Source: Ostreococcus lucimarinus
Taxonomy: Eukaryota
NCBI GenBank assembly: GCA_000092065.1
Contig: CP000584.1
Strand: one strand, 5' to 3'
Length of the DNA stretch: 64,000 nt
The position numbers and the translations under genes are program-made. The notes beneath the pieces are model-generated. The model did no database searches. It was not told where the DNA came from and saw only the letters and a list, made by a program, of their open reading frames with translations. Positions 38,665 to 48,424 of the stretch are shown here, in pieces (position 1 is the first letter of the stretch; every line of letters begins with the position of its first letter).

Positions 38665-39489
38665 CTAGTAGGCGCGTTGTTCGCCTTCGTGGGCGAATCG
38701 ACAAGACTCACCGCGGTCGCAGCGCCCCTTTTGCCAGTCGAAGCACACGCCACGCGGGCGATCACCACCGCGGTCGCCACCGTAGCCGCGATCACGATCG
38801 CCGCCCCAGCGATCGCCGCCGCGGTTGCCACCGTAGCCGCGATCGCCGCCGCCGCGGTACCCGCCGCCGCCGCCGCCGCCGTCTTCAGAGTGCGCGAAGC
38901 GGCACGAGTCGCCTCGATCGCATCGGTTTTCTCTCCAAGCGTAGCACACACCTCGCGGGCGGTCTTCGCGAGCGTACGGACGATCATCCCGTCGGTCGTA
39001 CCCGCCTCGGCGATCGCCGCCTCGGCGGTCGTCGTATCCGCCGCCGCCTCGCCCTCGCATCTCATCCGGGTTCTTTCTTCGCTCGTTCGCGATCTCGCAT
39101 CGAACTTCCCGTCCCATGATGTCCATTCCGGTCGCCTTTTCGACCGCATCGTCCGCCTCACCCTGAATCGCGTACTTCACGAACGCCAATCCTCGCTTGC
39201 GTCCCGTCTCGCGATCCTTCGGCATGTACACGTCGAGCACGTTTCCGTACGCCTGGAACTTATCCCGGATGTCGTCCTCGTGCGCGTCGAACGAGATGTT
39301 TCGCACGAGCACGGAGACTCCCGGCAAGTCGCGCGGGTTCGGCGGTTCGTCTCGGACCGGCGGCGGCGGTGCCCCGCGGTCGCCGTCCCCGTGATCGGCG
39401 GCGCCGCCCTCATCGGCGGCGGGTTCGTCGGCGACGCGACGAGGGTTATCCTCGTCGATCTCGCGCTGTTCGTTATCTTCGTCGGACAT
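38665..39489 (-). CDS. RNA-binding protein: SR-type RRM + RGG/RGY-rich linker + two CCCH zinc fingers
   Basis: The RRM is VLVRNISFDAHEDDIRDKFQAYGNVLDVYMPKDRETGRKRGLAFVKY...GREVRCEIA. The CCCH fingers are RGVCYAWRENRCDRGDSCRFAH and RGVCFDWQKGRCDRGESCRFAH. GGDRGYGG repeats are present. ATG at 39489 (MSDEDNEQ); the upstream track sequence is not coding-like. Confidence 0.85.
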   Translation of the reverse strand: MSDEDNEQREIDEDNPRRVADEPAADEGGAADHGDGDRGAPPPPVRDEPPNPRDLPGVSVLVRNISFDAHEDDIRDKFQAYGNVLDVYMPKDRETGRKRGLAFVKYAIQGEADDAVEKATGMDIMGREVRCEIANERRKNPDEMRGRGGGGYDDRRGGDRRGGYDRRDDRPYAREDRPRGVCYAWRENRCDRGDSCRFAHSEDGGGGGGGYRGGGDRGYGGNRGGDRWGGDRDRGYGGDRGGDRPRGVCFDWQKGRCDRGESCRFAHEGEQRAY

Positions 39490-39803
39490 CGTTCGGGCGT
39501 GCGCGGCGCGCGAGGTCGTGGGCGTCGGACGCGGGCGTCGACGTGTGCGGCGCGATCGGGGAATCGCGGCGGATTCGCGATTTTCGAGACGATTCAATTC
39601 TCCCGGATCGGATGAGTCGGGTCGGGTCGGGCGCTGCGGCGAGACTCGATCAATACGCAATACAACACTATCAGAGACTAAAAAAGAGAACCTACAGTAA
39701 ATAAATATGAATGAAGACGCCGTGAGTGGTGACGACGCGCGCGCTTGCAAAGGCGGAAGATTGCGAGAAGTAAGTCGCCGGCGCGCTGAAGGAGTCAACT
39801 CGG

Positions 39804-41300
39804 TCAGAGGTGCATGGCTGAAGAAAAGTGAGGCGCCCAGCGCGATTGCTTGGCGGCGAGCTTAAGGGTGCGGAAAACTTCCGCATTGGCGGCCCAGAAA
39901 CTGACGGAATGTAACCCTAGACCGTTGGCTTTGGCGTAAGGCTTGACGACGTCTTCGCGAAACGCGCGAAGCTTGTGTCGAGGTACGCGCGGGCACAGGT
40001 GGTGCTCGGTTTGAAACTGTAAACCACCGTGGAACCAGTCGAGCCAGCGCGGGCAGTCGATGTCCAACGTCCCAGCGAGTTGCATGTTCACCCACTCGTC
40101 GTTTTCAGGTCGCCCTTCGAAGACGTCGCGCGAAAAATGCGAGAGGCAAATTTGCACGTGGATGACGCCGGCGACGGCGTGCGAGAGGAAGAAGAACGGC
40201 ACTTTGTGACCCACGGGTAACTGAGCGATGAGCGTGGTGAGCCACGTGGCGAACACACCAAGTGTTAAAAACTCCATCGCTCGGCTCCGCACGCGCTTCG
40301 CCTTGATCAAGAAGATCAACGTCTGCAAGTATAAGTTGATGCGAGCGACGGCCATAATTGGATAGAACGTGTAGTGCTGGAATCGAACGAGCGTCCTGGC
40401 GAGACGGTCGTACGTCATGCGTCTGCGGTGATACAGAGAGTACACCGAGCCAAAATATTTGTTGGAGACCGCGAACACGGGCATGTGCTGGATGTCGGGG
40501 TCGCATTCCAACGAGTTGCACGCGCAGTGGTGGACGTTGTGCGTCGCCATCCACCACGCGATGCCGACGCCGTTGAAGAGGTTTCCAACGCACCACCCGA
40601 TCATGGCGTCTTTTTTGCGATCATAAGTGATCGATGTGTGCCCAGCATCGTGGCCGATGAACATACTTTGCTGCCAAAACAAACCGAGCAAGACGGCGCC
40701 GAACATGTGCGTCTTGAAACCGGCGCCCGACGACAACACGCACGCCAACACGCCGCCGAAAAGCACGACCAATCTCGCGATGATGAAGGCGTAATCCGTG
40801 AGATCGCTCTTCAACAACTTCTCACTACCCTCCATCGCGTCCCTCATCCGACGAAACGCCTTTAAATGCGTCGGCGGCGCCGCGCTCTCGTCCACCAAGC
40901 GCCCGATTCGAAGCGTCTCCAAGCGCGCCAGCGCGCGCCGCTCCCCCCCGTGATACGCCATGAACGCGTCCGTCGCGTCTCTCCCCGCGTACTGCTCCAG
41001 AATCGTGCTCCCCCCCGGATGTTTCTCGACCCAAGACGTCGCGTCGTACACCCCATCGCCCACGACGAGCCAACAATCGCTCCCGACGTCGTGCGAGCGC
41101 ACGTCGGCGCGCGCGTACGTCGCCTCGCCTCGCCGCGTCTCCCCCCCGACGCCCGTCCCGACGTCCCGCGCCGCGCTCGCGTCGCCGCGATTCGCCCGTC
41201 GCGCGCCCTCGCCCTCCCGCGCCGTCGCGCGCGTCGCGCTCGCGTCCCCGCGTCGTCGCGCGCGCGCGCGACGCGAGAGGTCCACGCCGTCCCGCGGCAT
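39804..41300 (-). CDS. Cytochrome b5-fused front-end desaturase, sphingolipid delta-8 (LCB) desaturase-like
   Basis: The cyt b5 heme motif is WVEKHPGGSTIL...ATDAFMAYH. His boxes are HDAGH, HNVHH and QTEHHL (the Q-for-H third box is typical of front-end desaturases). WWMATHNVHHCACNSLECDPDIQHMPVFAVS closely parallels plant SLD sequences. Confidence 0.85.
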   Translation of the reverse strand: MPRDGVDLSRRARARRRGDASATRATAREGEGARRANRGDASAARDVGTGVGGETRRGEATYARADVRSHDVGSDCWLVVGDGVYDATSWVEKHPGGSTILEQYAGRDATDAFMAYHGGERRALARLETLRIGRLVDESAAPPTHLKAFRRMRDAMEGSEKLLKSDLTDYAFIIARLVVLFGGVLACVLSSGAGFKTHMFGAVLLGLFWQQSMFIGHDAGHTSITYDRKKDAMIGWCVGNLFNGVGIAWWMATHNVHHCACNSLECDPDIQHMPVFAVSNKYFGSVYSLYHRRRMTYDRLARTLVRFQHYTFYPIMAVARINLYLQTLIFLIKAKRVRSRAMEFLTLGVFATWLTTLIAQLPVGHKVPFFFLSHAVAGVIHVQICLSHFSRDVFEGRPENDEWVNMQLAGTLDIDCPRWLDWFHGGLQFQTEHHLCPRVPRHKLRAFREDVVKPYAKANGLGLHSVSFWAANAEVFRTLKLAAKQSRWAPHFSSAMHL

Positions 41301-41771
41301 GTGCCTCGTCGACCCGTCTCGCGTCGCCGCGTCGCGCGTTTCCGACGCGAGACGGTTCGACGCGTTTCCGTCGCGCGTTTGCGAAGAATCCCGCGCCGTC
41401 GCCGCGTCGCGCTTTGTCGCGGTGCGACGCGCTTCCGGTCAACGCGCGTCGTCCGACCGCATCGTCGACGTCGCCCCCCTGGGGCCTCGCGACGAGATTT
41501 TTTCACCTTTTCTCGCCCCTGGGGCCCGCGAACAAAGGTGAAAAAATCTCGAGGCGCGCGCGCGAGTCCCGACTCGTCGACGGCGCGTGTAAACACTACT
41601 TATACCCCCCTGGTTTCGTTTCTTTCATTTACTTCACCGCATCTCTTAAATACGACGCATTCGAGCTTTTCGACGGCCACCCAGGACACGAAACCCCGTA
41701 CTCATACGAACACCACACCGCACGCGCGTGGACGCGCGCGCGCCGCACAATCAATCGCGCGCGCGCCCACC

Positions 41772-43161
41772 ATGCGCGCCTGCACGCCTCGCGCGTCGAG
41801 CGCGAACGCTCCAGGCGCGCAAAACGACGAACGACGCGCGACGCGCGCGAAGACGCACCGACGACCCGCGGTGGCGTCGCCGACGATCCTCGTTCAGGGC
41901 GGCAAGGATCCGGAGACGACCACGAATGGGCTGTCGAAGAAACGACGCGCGGTGATCGAGGACATGACGTCGTTCGCGGCGGGAGAACTGAGCGGACTGC
42001 TGAAGGACCCGGACACGAATTGGCAACCGCAAGATTGGCTGCCGAATCCGGAGTCGCCGGATTTCTTGGATCAGGTGCGAGGGCGAGGGGGGGCGAGGGG
42101 ACGCGCGCGAGGGATGGTTTATCCGCGCGAGGGCGGTCGAGGGCGTTCGAACGAGACGCGACGCGGGACGCGCGAGGCGAGGTCGAGGCGCGCGCGAGAT
42201 GGGCGAGGGGGTGGGTGGAGGCGTGCGCGCGCGCGAAAACGCGGTGACTGACGAGCGCGCGAACGCGTCGCGATCGCGATAGGTGGCGGAGATTCGTAAA
42301 CGCGCGGCGAACATCCCCGACGATCTCTTCGTCGTGCTCGTCGGCGATATGATCACCGAAGAGGCGTTGCCGACGTACATGAACATGTTGAACACGCTCG
42401 AAGGAACGAAGGATAACTCTGGCGCGGATGCTCACCCGTGGGCGGTGTGGACGCGCAAGTGGACGGCGGAGGAAAACCGTCACGGCGACCTCATGAACAA
42501 GTACTTGTGGATGACGGGTAAGGTGAACATGAAGCCGGTCGAGACCACGATCCAGAAGCTCATCGGCAGCGGCATGAACCCTAAGACGGACAACAACCCG
42601 TACCTCGGTTTCGTGTACACGTCTTTCCAAGAGCGCGCGACGAAAATTTCCCACGGGAACACGGCGCGCTTGGCCAAGGAGGCGGGCGATCCGGAGTTCG
42701 CGAAGATGTGCGGCATCATCGCCGCCGACGAAGGCCGCCACGAGATCGCGTACCAGCGCATCATCGATGAAGTATTGGCGCGCGATCCCGACGGTGCCGT
42801 CCTCGCGTACGCGGACATGATGGAGAAGCAAATCACCATGCCCGCGCACATGATGTGCGACGGCCAGCACAAGGCGCGAACCGGCCGCGACCTCTTCGTC
42901 GATTTCGCCGCCGTCGCGGAGCGCACGGGCGTGTACACCGGCCACGATTACGCCGATATCATGGATCACCTCAACAAGCGTTGGGACATCGCCAACATCA
43001 CGGGTTTGGGCGGCGAGGCGGCCGCCGCGCAAGAGTACTTGATGAAGCAACCCGCTCGCATCCGCAAGCTCGTCGCTTTCGCCGAGAAGAGGGCGGCGAA
43101 GAAGCCTCCGGCCAAGGAAACCTTCTCCTGGATTTACGATCGTCCCGTCGACATCAACTAA
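41772..43161 (+). CDS. Stearoyl-ACP delta-9 desaturase (soluble acyl-ACP desaturase), 2 exons (41772..42074, 42283..43161)
   Basis: Exon 2 reads [31 protein letters not shown]...[14 protein letters not shown]...[16 protein letters not shown]...[11 protein letters not shown] (di-iron EENRHG / DEGRHE motifs). Exon 1 supplies the transit peptide ([15 protein letters not shown]...) and [18 protein letters not shown]. The junction DFLDQ|[14 protein letters not shown] restores colinearity with plant SAD. Confidence 0.9.
42075..42282 (+). other. Spliceosomal intron (GT-AG, 208 nt, phase 0)
   Basis: Donor CAG|GTGCGAGGG at 42075. Branch-like GCGGTGACTGACGAG. Acceptor CGATAG| ending at 42282. The sense strand is G-rich with several G3-G7 runs. 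Confidence 0.85.
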
Positions 43162-43258
43162 ACAACCACCACCGTAGCGCGAGAAAGGCAATATAGCCTC
43201 CGCTTTTAGCTCTTGCCGTTGCGGCGTGTTGCTCGGTGCTCGACTATTCACGCTCAAA

Positions 43259-43263
43259 TGTAA
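43259..43263 (+). promoter_or_regulatory. Candidate TGTAA polyadenylation signal
   Basis: TGTAA 98 nt after the SAD TAA stop (43159-43161). Confidence 0.35.
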
Positions 43264-43404
43264 AAAGATTCAGATTCAATTCCCTACGCGATTCCCTGCG
43301 GCGCTTGATGGATGTGTATTATTATTGCACGCATCATTCCTCGAACCACGCGTCGAGCTCTACGCTAGAAACGACTCTGCGACTCGATCGCTCGTCGCGC
43401 ATCC

Positions 43405-44240
43405 TTAGTTTTCGCGCGTCGGCAAGACCGCCTCGATGGCCGTCCACACCTCGCTCATGTCCTTTGCCGCGTCGATTTTCGCGACGACGGGAGAGTAGTG
43501 CTCCAAAATGGGCTTCGTTTGCGAGTGGTACGCTTCGAGGCGCGTCACGAGCGCTTCTTTCGTGTCATCGCTGCGCTGCTCGAGCTGCTCGCCAGTCTCG
43601 TCGTCAAACATGCGCTTCGGCTTGGCTTGCTTACCCGGGCACGCCTTCAGGCTCTTCGGCGGGTTGAACGTGGCGTGATACGAGCGACCGCTCGCCTTGT
43701 GCACCCATCGGCCGCAGATGCGCTTCTCCAAAAGCGAGTCCGGGACCTCGAGCGAGACGACGACGTCCACCTTCTCGCCGCGCTTCGCCAGCATCTCATC
43801 CAGCTTCTTCGCCTGCTCGATCGTCCGCGGGAACCCATCCAAAATGAACCCACGCGCGCAATCCTTCGCCGCGATTCGATCGCGAATGATCGCCACGACG
43901 ATGTCGTCCGTCACCAATCCCCCCGAATCCATCGCCGCCTTCGCGCGTCTCCCGACATCCGTCCCCGCCGCCACCGCCGCGCGCAGCATGTCTCCCGTCG
44001 CGAGCTGCGGCACGCCGAGCTTCTCCGTGATCTTCGGCGCTTGCGTTCCTGCGTCGCGCGCGTCCGTCGCGTCCGTCAGTCACCGCGCGCGCGTCGTTCG
44101 CGTCGCGCGTCGATCGCCGTCGTCTCGCGTCGCCGACGCTCGCGTCTCTCGCGTCTCTCGCGCACCCTTGCCCGCGCCCGGCGGTCCGAAGATGACGATC
44201 ACCGATCGCGGCGCGCCGCGCTTGCTCTGCCCGCCGCCCA
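43405..44240 (-). CDS. Adenylate kinase, 2 exons (44240..44165, 44048..43405)
   Basis: Exon 1 is [26 protein letters not shown] (P-loop). Exon 2 is [25 protein letters not shown]...[10 protein letters not shown]...RSDD, with a long-type LID ([14 protein letters not shown]). The track ORF 43405..44013 lacks the P-loop. Exon 1 ends in ...AAG G and joins exon 2 GA ACG, making the Gly codon GGA. Confidence 0.9.
44049..44164 (-). other. Spliceosomal intron (GT-AG, 116 nt, phase 1)
   Basis: Donor AAG G|GTGCGCGAG (GT at 44164-44163). Branch-like GCGGTGACTGACGGA. Acceptor GACGCAG| (AG at 44050-44049). Confidence 0.85.
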
Positions 44241-44307
44241 TCGCGCGGCGTCGCGTTCCGCGGCGTGCCGACGTCTGCCGACGTCACTCGTCGACGCTGA
44301 TTACGCG

Positions 44308-45387
44308 ATGCGGCGCGCGCTGCACGTCGCGCGCGTCGCCAAGGCGAAGAACCGCGACGCCGGACGGTCGATGCACTGGCGCGTGGGTAAGGGGAGCGAG
44401 TCCGCGAACGGCGCGGGCGAGGCGACGGCGCGCGGCGGGAAAGGAAGCTCGAAGACGACGCGGTCGCAGCGGACGAACAAGAGCTACAAGGTGTACGTCA
44501 GCGGACGACCGACGATCGACGACGTCGAACGGGCGTCGAGGGGGGAGAAGACGAAGTCCATGGGCGTGGTCGAGCGCGAGGCGCCGTACAGGCTGACGCG
44601 AGACGAGCGAGAGGCGTGGGAGCGAGCGAAACGGCGAGGAGGGCTGGAGACGCGAAGCGCGAGTCGAGACGGGCTCGCGAGACGACGGTTTCCGTTGGTG
44701 AACACGCATCGGGCGTACTGCGATGCGGTGGGGATGGTGTTCGTGTGCACGGAACAAGACGTGGGGGGGGGGGAGGATTGCGTGGTGGTGGACGTGTCGA
44801 CGCTGCGGGCGAGCGAGGACGGCGACGCGCGCGCGCGGTTGAGCGAGTTGGCGATCGCGTTGGGGGCGAGCGCGGAGGATTTGTGCGGCGACGAGGAACC
44901 GCTGATGGCGCAGATGCGATACGTGGCGGCCATGGAGGGGGGGTTCGAGCGCACGGCGCTGGTGGAAGTGTTGGAGGGAGACGCCGAAGCCGAGCCGGCG
45001 CCGAGCGAGAGCGAAATCGCGGCGGCGAGAGACGCCGTCTCGGCCGCGGCGGATCGCGTGCGCGAAATGAAAGATTCAGGGAAATCGAACGCGGATGATG
45101 ACGTGAAAGCTGGCGTGCGATGCCTCCTCGAGGCGAAGGCGAAGCTGGGAGCGATGGAGGCCGCCGCGGAGAAGACGTCGGCGGCCGCGAACGAGGCCGC
45201 GGAAGTGGATCTGGAGGCTGAATTAAAACGAATCGAAGAAGCGGCTCGGAGATCACTCGTCGAGTTACCCATTCACGGTTTGCCCGAACGATATATGCGG
45301 TTCAAGTGTCCTGATCGTCCAACGGCGAAGGCGCTCTCGAAAGCCATCGCAAAGGAGGATCTCGCGCCTTTGTTGCTCGAAGTCTAG
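44308..45387 (+). CDS. Hypothetical protein with Ala/Glu-rich helical C-terminal half (possible WHEP-TRS-like helix-turn-helix)
   Basis: ATG at 44308. The upstream 810 nt of track ORF 43498..45387 is antisense to adenylate kinase. AARDAVSAAADRVREMKDSGKSNADDDVKAGVRCLLEAKAKLGAME loosely resembles WHEP repeats. The central region is YKVYVSGRPTIDDVERA...PLVNTHRAYCDAVGMVFVC. Confidence 0.5.
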   Translation: MRRALHVARVAKAKNRDAGRSMHWRVGKGSESANGAGEATARGGKGSSKTTRSQRTNKSYKVYVSGRPTIDDVERASRGEKTKSMGVVEREAPYRLTRDEREAWERAKRRGGLETRSASRDGLARRRFPLVNTHRAYCDAVGMVFVCTEQDVGGGEDCVVVDVSTLRASEDGDARARLSELAIALGASAEDLCGDEEPLMAQMRYVAAMEGGFERTALVEVLEGDAEAEPAPSESEIAAARDAVSAAADRVREMKDSGKSNADDDVKAGVRCLLEAKAKLGAMEAAAEKTSAAANEAAEVDLEAELKRIEEAARRSLVELPIHGLPERYMRFKCPDRPTAKALSKAIAKEDLAPLLLEV

Positions 45388-45450
45388 GCAGCATCACGGT
45401 TTAGTTGCGGTACGCGCTCTGCTTTGCTATGTACAATGTATTTATTTGCT

Positions 45451-48144
45451 TTACTGTATTCCTCGCGCGACTCGCTGAGGCGCGATGTCACCAGGACCGA
45501 CGCCCTTGGAGGCGTAGTACTCGCTGAAATCGAGGCGGAACAACAAGAATTGCGTGTCCACGTGCGTTTGGAGTGGCAAAAGGTTCAAGAAACCGTCCAA
45601 TGCACGCGCGTAGTCGTCGCGCAAATTTGCCAGTCGACTCTGCGCCACGGCGACCTCGTCCTTATCGATAAAATCGCTCGCATTCGACTCCTCGCCGACG
45701 TATGTCCCCCATTGCTTGTTCTTCTCGCGCTCGGCGATGCGCTCTCGCGTCGCCGCCTTCTTCGCGACGACGTCTGCCGCCATGTCGAAAAGATCAGCTG
45801 CGACTTCGCGGAACGACATCATCACCTCAAAAAGTGCGTAAAGGGTCTGCAGAACTAGCTGCGACTTTGACCCGAGCAAAGCCTTTTGAACGACGGCGTC
45901 GAGGAATACGTCGTGCGCCGCGATGATTTCATCCAAATCGGAATGCTTGGCAAACTTCTCCTCGAGCTCGACCCACGAGGTCTCCAGCACCTCGAACATG
46001 ACGTAGTACTGAAAGTTAGAAATAAAGCTGTGCATCTCCCCTCGCAATGAATGACAGCTGCGTAGCATGTCAGCCAACGCCGCGCCAGACGTGCCCCCGC
46101 CGGCGGTTTCGCTTGACAACAAATGCGCTACCGTCGGTTTCATCATCTGCCACGTCCCACAGAGCGAATGTTCCACTCGCTTCAGACGCCACAGAAAGTT
46201 GAACACGCGCAAATACTTGCTCATCGCGTGTTCGGTGAATATCGTCGTCAAAGGCTGATTTACGACGTACTCGAGCGTGAAGACATCCCATCCCACTTCT
46301 TCGTTCAAGTGCGCCATCAAACGCACGCGTAAGCGATCGAGAAAGTCTGGAGAATCCGACTGGGCGCTACTGCTGCGCACGGCTTGTTCGAGCATACCGC
46401 TGAGCTTGAAGACACTCAATGAATTCGCGGGCTGCTCCAAGCTCGGACCCATCAAGTCCATCAAGCACTCGTGCAAATCCCCCTGGCCGAGCAACAAATA
46501 GCGCTTGAGCGCTTGACAATGCTCTCCGAGCTTGAAGCGTTCGAAGAGTACGCGACGCACCGTTCCGTCCACACGCTTTGCTGTCTCGCTAATCAACGTC
46601 GTCAAACCATCTGGATTCTCAAAGTCTAGCCCTCCAGCCTTTTCCACCGCGTTCAAGACGTCCGCGCGTTCGGGCGTCCAGCTCGAGTCGTCGCAGCATC
46701 TGCGAAGAAAGTTTATGCTCTTGCCGAGGCGAAGTATAGTTTTCCCCTGTTCGCGCGTGATGAACGAGGGCAGCATGTCCTCATCGAACGCATACTTTCG
46801 GCGCCATAAATCTTTATCCGAAATCGAGTGATCAACGCTCACGAAGAACTCGCACAATGGGTCTTCGAGCTCGCCGCTCACCGTCCATCGATGCACCATG
46901 CCCAAATACGGCGTCGCGCTCGCGCTCAAAACTCTTCGTACCAACGCGGTGGATGACGGGTCGCCGTGTTGAGAGTAGTTGTACATGGCCGCCAAAGCAG
47001 CGCCTCCTCGCTTGCCGTGCGTCGCGTCGACCAAAACCGCTAGCGTCCGTAACATCTTGAGAGGATCGGCGAGCCACACGAAGAGTCGACGCAGGGTGAG
47101 GTAACTGTCGCCGCCCTTCGCCGCGCCGTCGCCTCGTTCGAGGTAAGCCACGATCGGAATCTGCGCTTGAGCTTCTAATACCGCGATCAACTTGTAGTAA
47201 CTCGCAAGCTCGCGCTGAATCGCCGCTCTGAACGCCTGCCGCGTGCTGCCGTCGCCGTCGTCGACGTCGACGCCCGCCGTCCTGCCGTCGCCGAGCGCCG
47301 CCGAAACCTTCTTAAATAACCACCCTACTTCGGTGAGGCACTTGATCAAATTTCGTCGCCCGGCCGAGACGTTCACGTTCGGTGCCAGCGCGAACGCTTG
47401 TTGGGCCGGAGAAAACTTGATGAACTCGCCGTCGATGCCTTGACACGCGTACAGCACGTCTCGCACCAATTCGCGTTCGTCGCACTCCCCGCTCGCCGCG
47501 CGTTCAATCTCCAAAGTCCTGTACGCATCCGCGCGCCGACCGACGGCGTGCAACCCGAGCGCCCCTTTCTCACCGCCCGCGAGCGCGCGCGCGGCCTCGC
47601 CATCATCCAACCGTCTCGTCGCCGCCGCCGTCGCCGCGCCCGCGCGTTCGTCTCGCGTCAACGCCTTCGCCGCCGCGTCCAAATCCAACCGCCGCATCCC
47701 TCGCGCGCTCGCGCCCACCCCCCCGCCCGCTCCCCACGCGCCCTCCGCGTCCTCCGAGATCGCCAACAGCGTCCTGAGCACTCCCGCGCGTCGCGTCGAC
47801 CCGCTCGCGTCGCGCCTTCGCGCGCGTTCGCACGCCTCCGCCGCGCGCGCCGCCGCGTCCTCCCCCCGCCTCTCTCGCACCCTTCGCACGATCGCCCGCG
47901 CCACCGCCTCGCCGTCGTCCATCGCGTCCCTCACGGCCGTTCCCTCGCCCAGCGTCGACGCGAGCACGCGCGTCGCGACCCGGCGTCCCGCGTCCGCGCG
48001 TCGCGTCGCCTCGCGATCGTCCGTCGGCATCGCGTGCGTCGGCGTCGCGTTCGTCGGCATCGCGTTCGCGAGCGTTCGCTCGACGAGCGCTCGAACGAGC
48101 GCGGCGACATCGCGCGCGTCGTCGCGCGCGCGCGCGTCGGCCAT
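45451..48144 (-). CDS. GCP2: Gamma-tubulin complex component 2 (GCP2 / Spc97 family)
   Basis: The sequence is colinear with GCP2: LVRDVLYACQGIDGEFIKF, LTEVGWLFKKV, ELASYYKLIAVLEAQ, LTLRRLFVWLADPLKMLRTLAVLVD, GGAALAAMYNYSQHGDP and WTVSGELEDPLCEFFV. The C-terminal GRIP2 region is also present (FNFLWRLKRVEHSL...). Confidence 0.9.
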   Translation of the reverse strand: MADARARDDARDVAALVRALVERTLANAMPTNATPTHAMPTDDREATRRADAGRRVATRVLASTLGEGTAVRDAMDDGEAVARAIVRRVRERRGEDAAARAAEACERARRRDASGSTRRAGVLRTLLAISEDAEGAWGAGGGVGASARGMRRLDLDAAAKALTRDERAGAATAAATRRLDDGEAARALAGGEKGALGLHAVGRRADAYRTLEIERAASGECDERELVRDVLYACQGIDGEFIKFSPAQQAFALAPNVNVSAGRRNLIKCLTEVGWLFKKVSAALGDGRTAGVDVDDGDGSTRQAFRAAIQRELASYYKLIAVLEAQAQIPIVAYLERGDGAAKGGDSYLTLRRLFVWLADPLKMLRTLAVLVDATHGKRGGAALAAMYNYSQHGDPSSTALVRRVLSASATPYLGMVHRWTVSGELEDPLCEFFVSVDHSISDKDLWRRKYAFDEDMLPSFITREQGKTILRLGKSINFLRRCCDDSSWTPERADVLNAVEKAGGLDFENPDGLTTLISETAKRVDGTVRRVLFERFKLGEHCQALKRYLLLGQGDLHECLMDLMGPSLEQPANSLSVFKLSGMLEQAVRSSSAQSDSPDFLDRLRVRLMAHLNEEVGWDVFTLEYVVNQPLTTIFTEHAMSKYLRVFNFLWRLKRVEHSLCGTWQMMKPTVAHLLSSETAGGGTSGAALADMLRSCHSLRGEMHSFISNFQYYVMFEVLETSWVELEEKFAKHSDLDEIIAAHDVFLDAVVQKALLGSKSQLVLQTLYALFEVMMSFREVAADLFDMAADVVAKKAATRERIAEREKNKQWGTYVGEESNASDFIDKDEVAVAQSRLANLRDDYARALDGFLNLLPLQTHVDTQFLLFRLDFSEYYASKGVGPGDIAPQRVARGIQ

Positions 48145-48424
48145 CGTCGCGCGCGCGGTCGTCTGTCGCCGCGCGCGGGCGTCCGCGGCCGTTGACGTCG
48201 TGTTTGGTCCGTGTTTGGTCCGTGTGTGTACGAGACCGACCGTCGCGAACTCTCGTAGAGCGGCGTCCGCGAGCGGTAGTACATAGCGACGAACCGCGCG
48301 ATAAAAGCGTCCGACGACGGAGCGTTTTCGTCGCGGCGCGAGCGTTACGCGACGGACGCCGCGGCGGGCGACGGCGGGCGACGCGCGACGACGCGCGGCA
48401 GACGCCAGCGCGAGGGCGCGTGCG

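Noticed and set aside
38656-39615. 319-aa Ala/Val-rich ORF on the plus strand
   Set aside because: It is antisense to the RRM/CCCH gene. Its AAIA/VATVA repeats are the complement of the GGDRGG-coding repeats.
41629-43257. 542-aa ORF on the minus strand
   Set aside because: It is the exact antisense shadow of the stearoyl-ACP desaturase gene, whose di-iron motifs are unambiguous on the plus strand.
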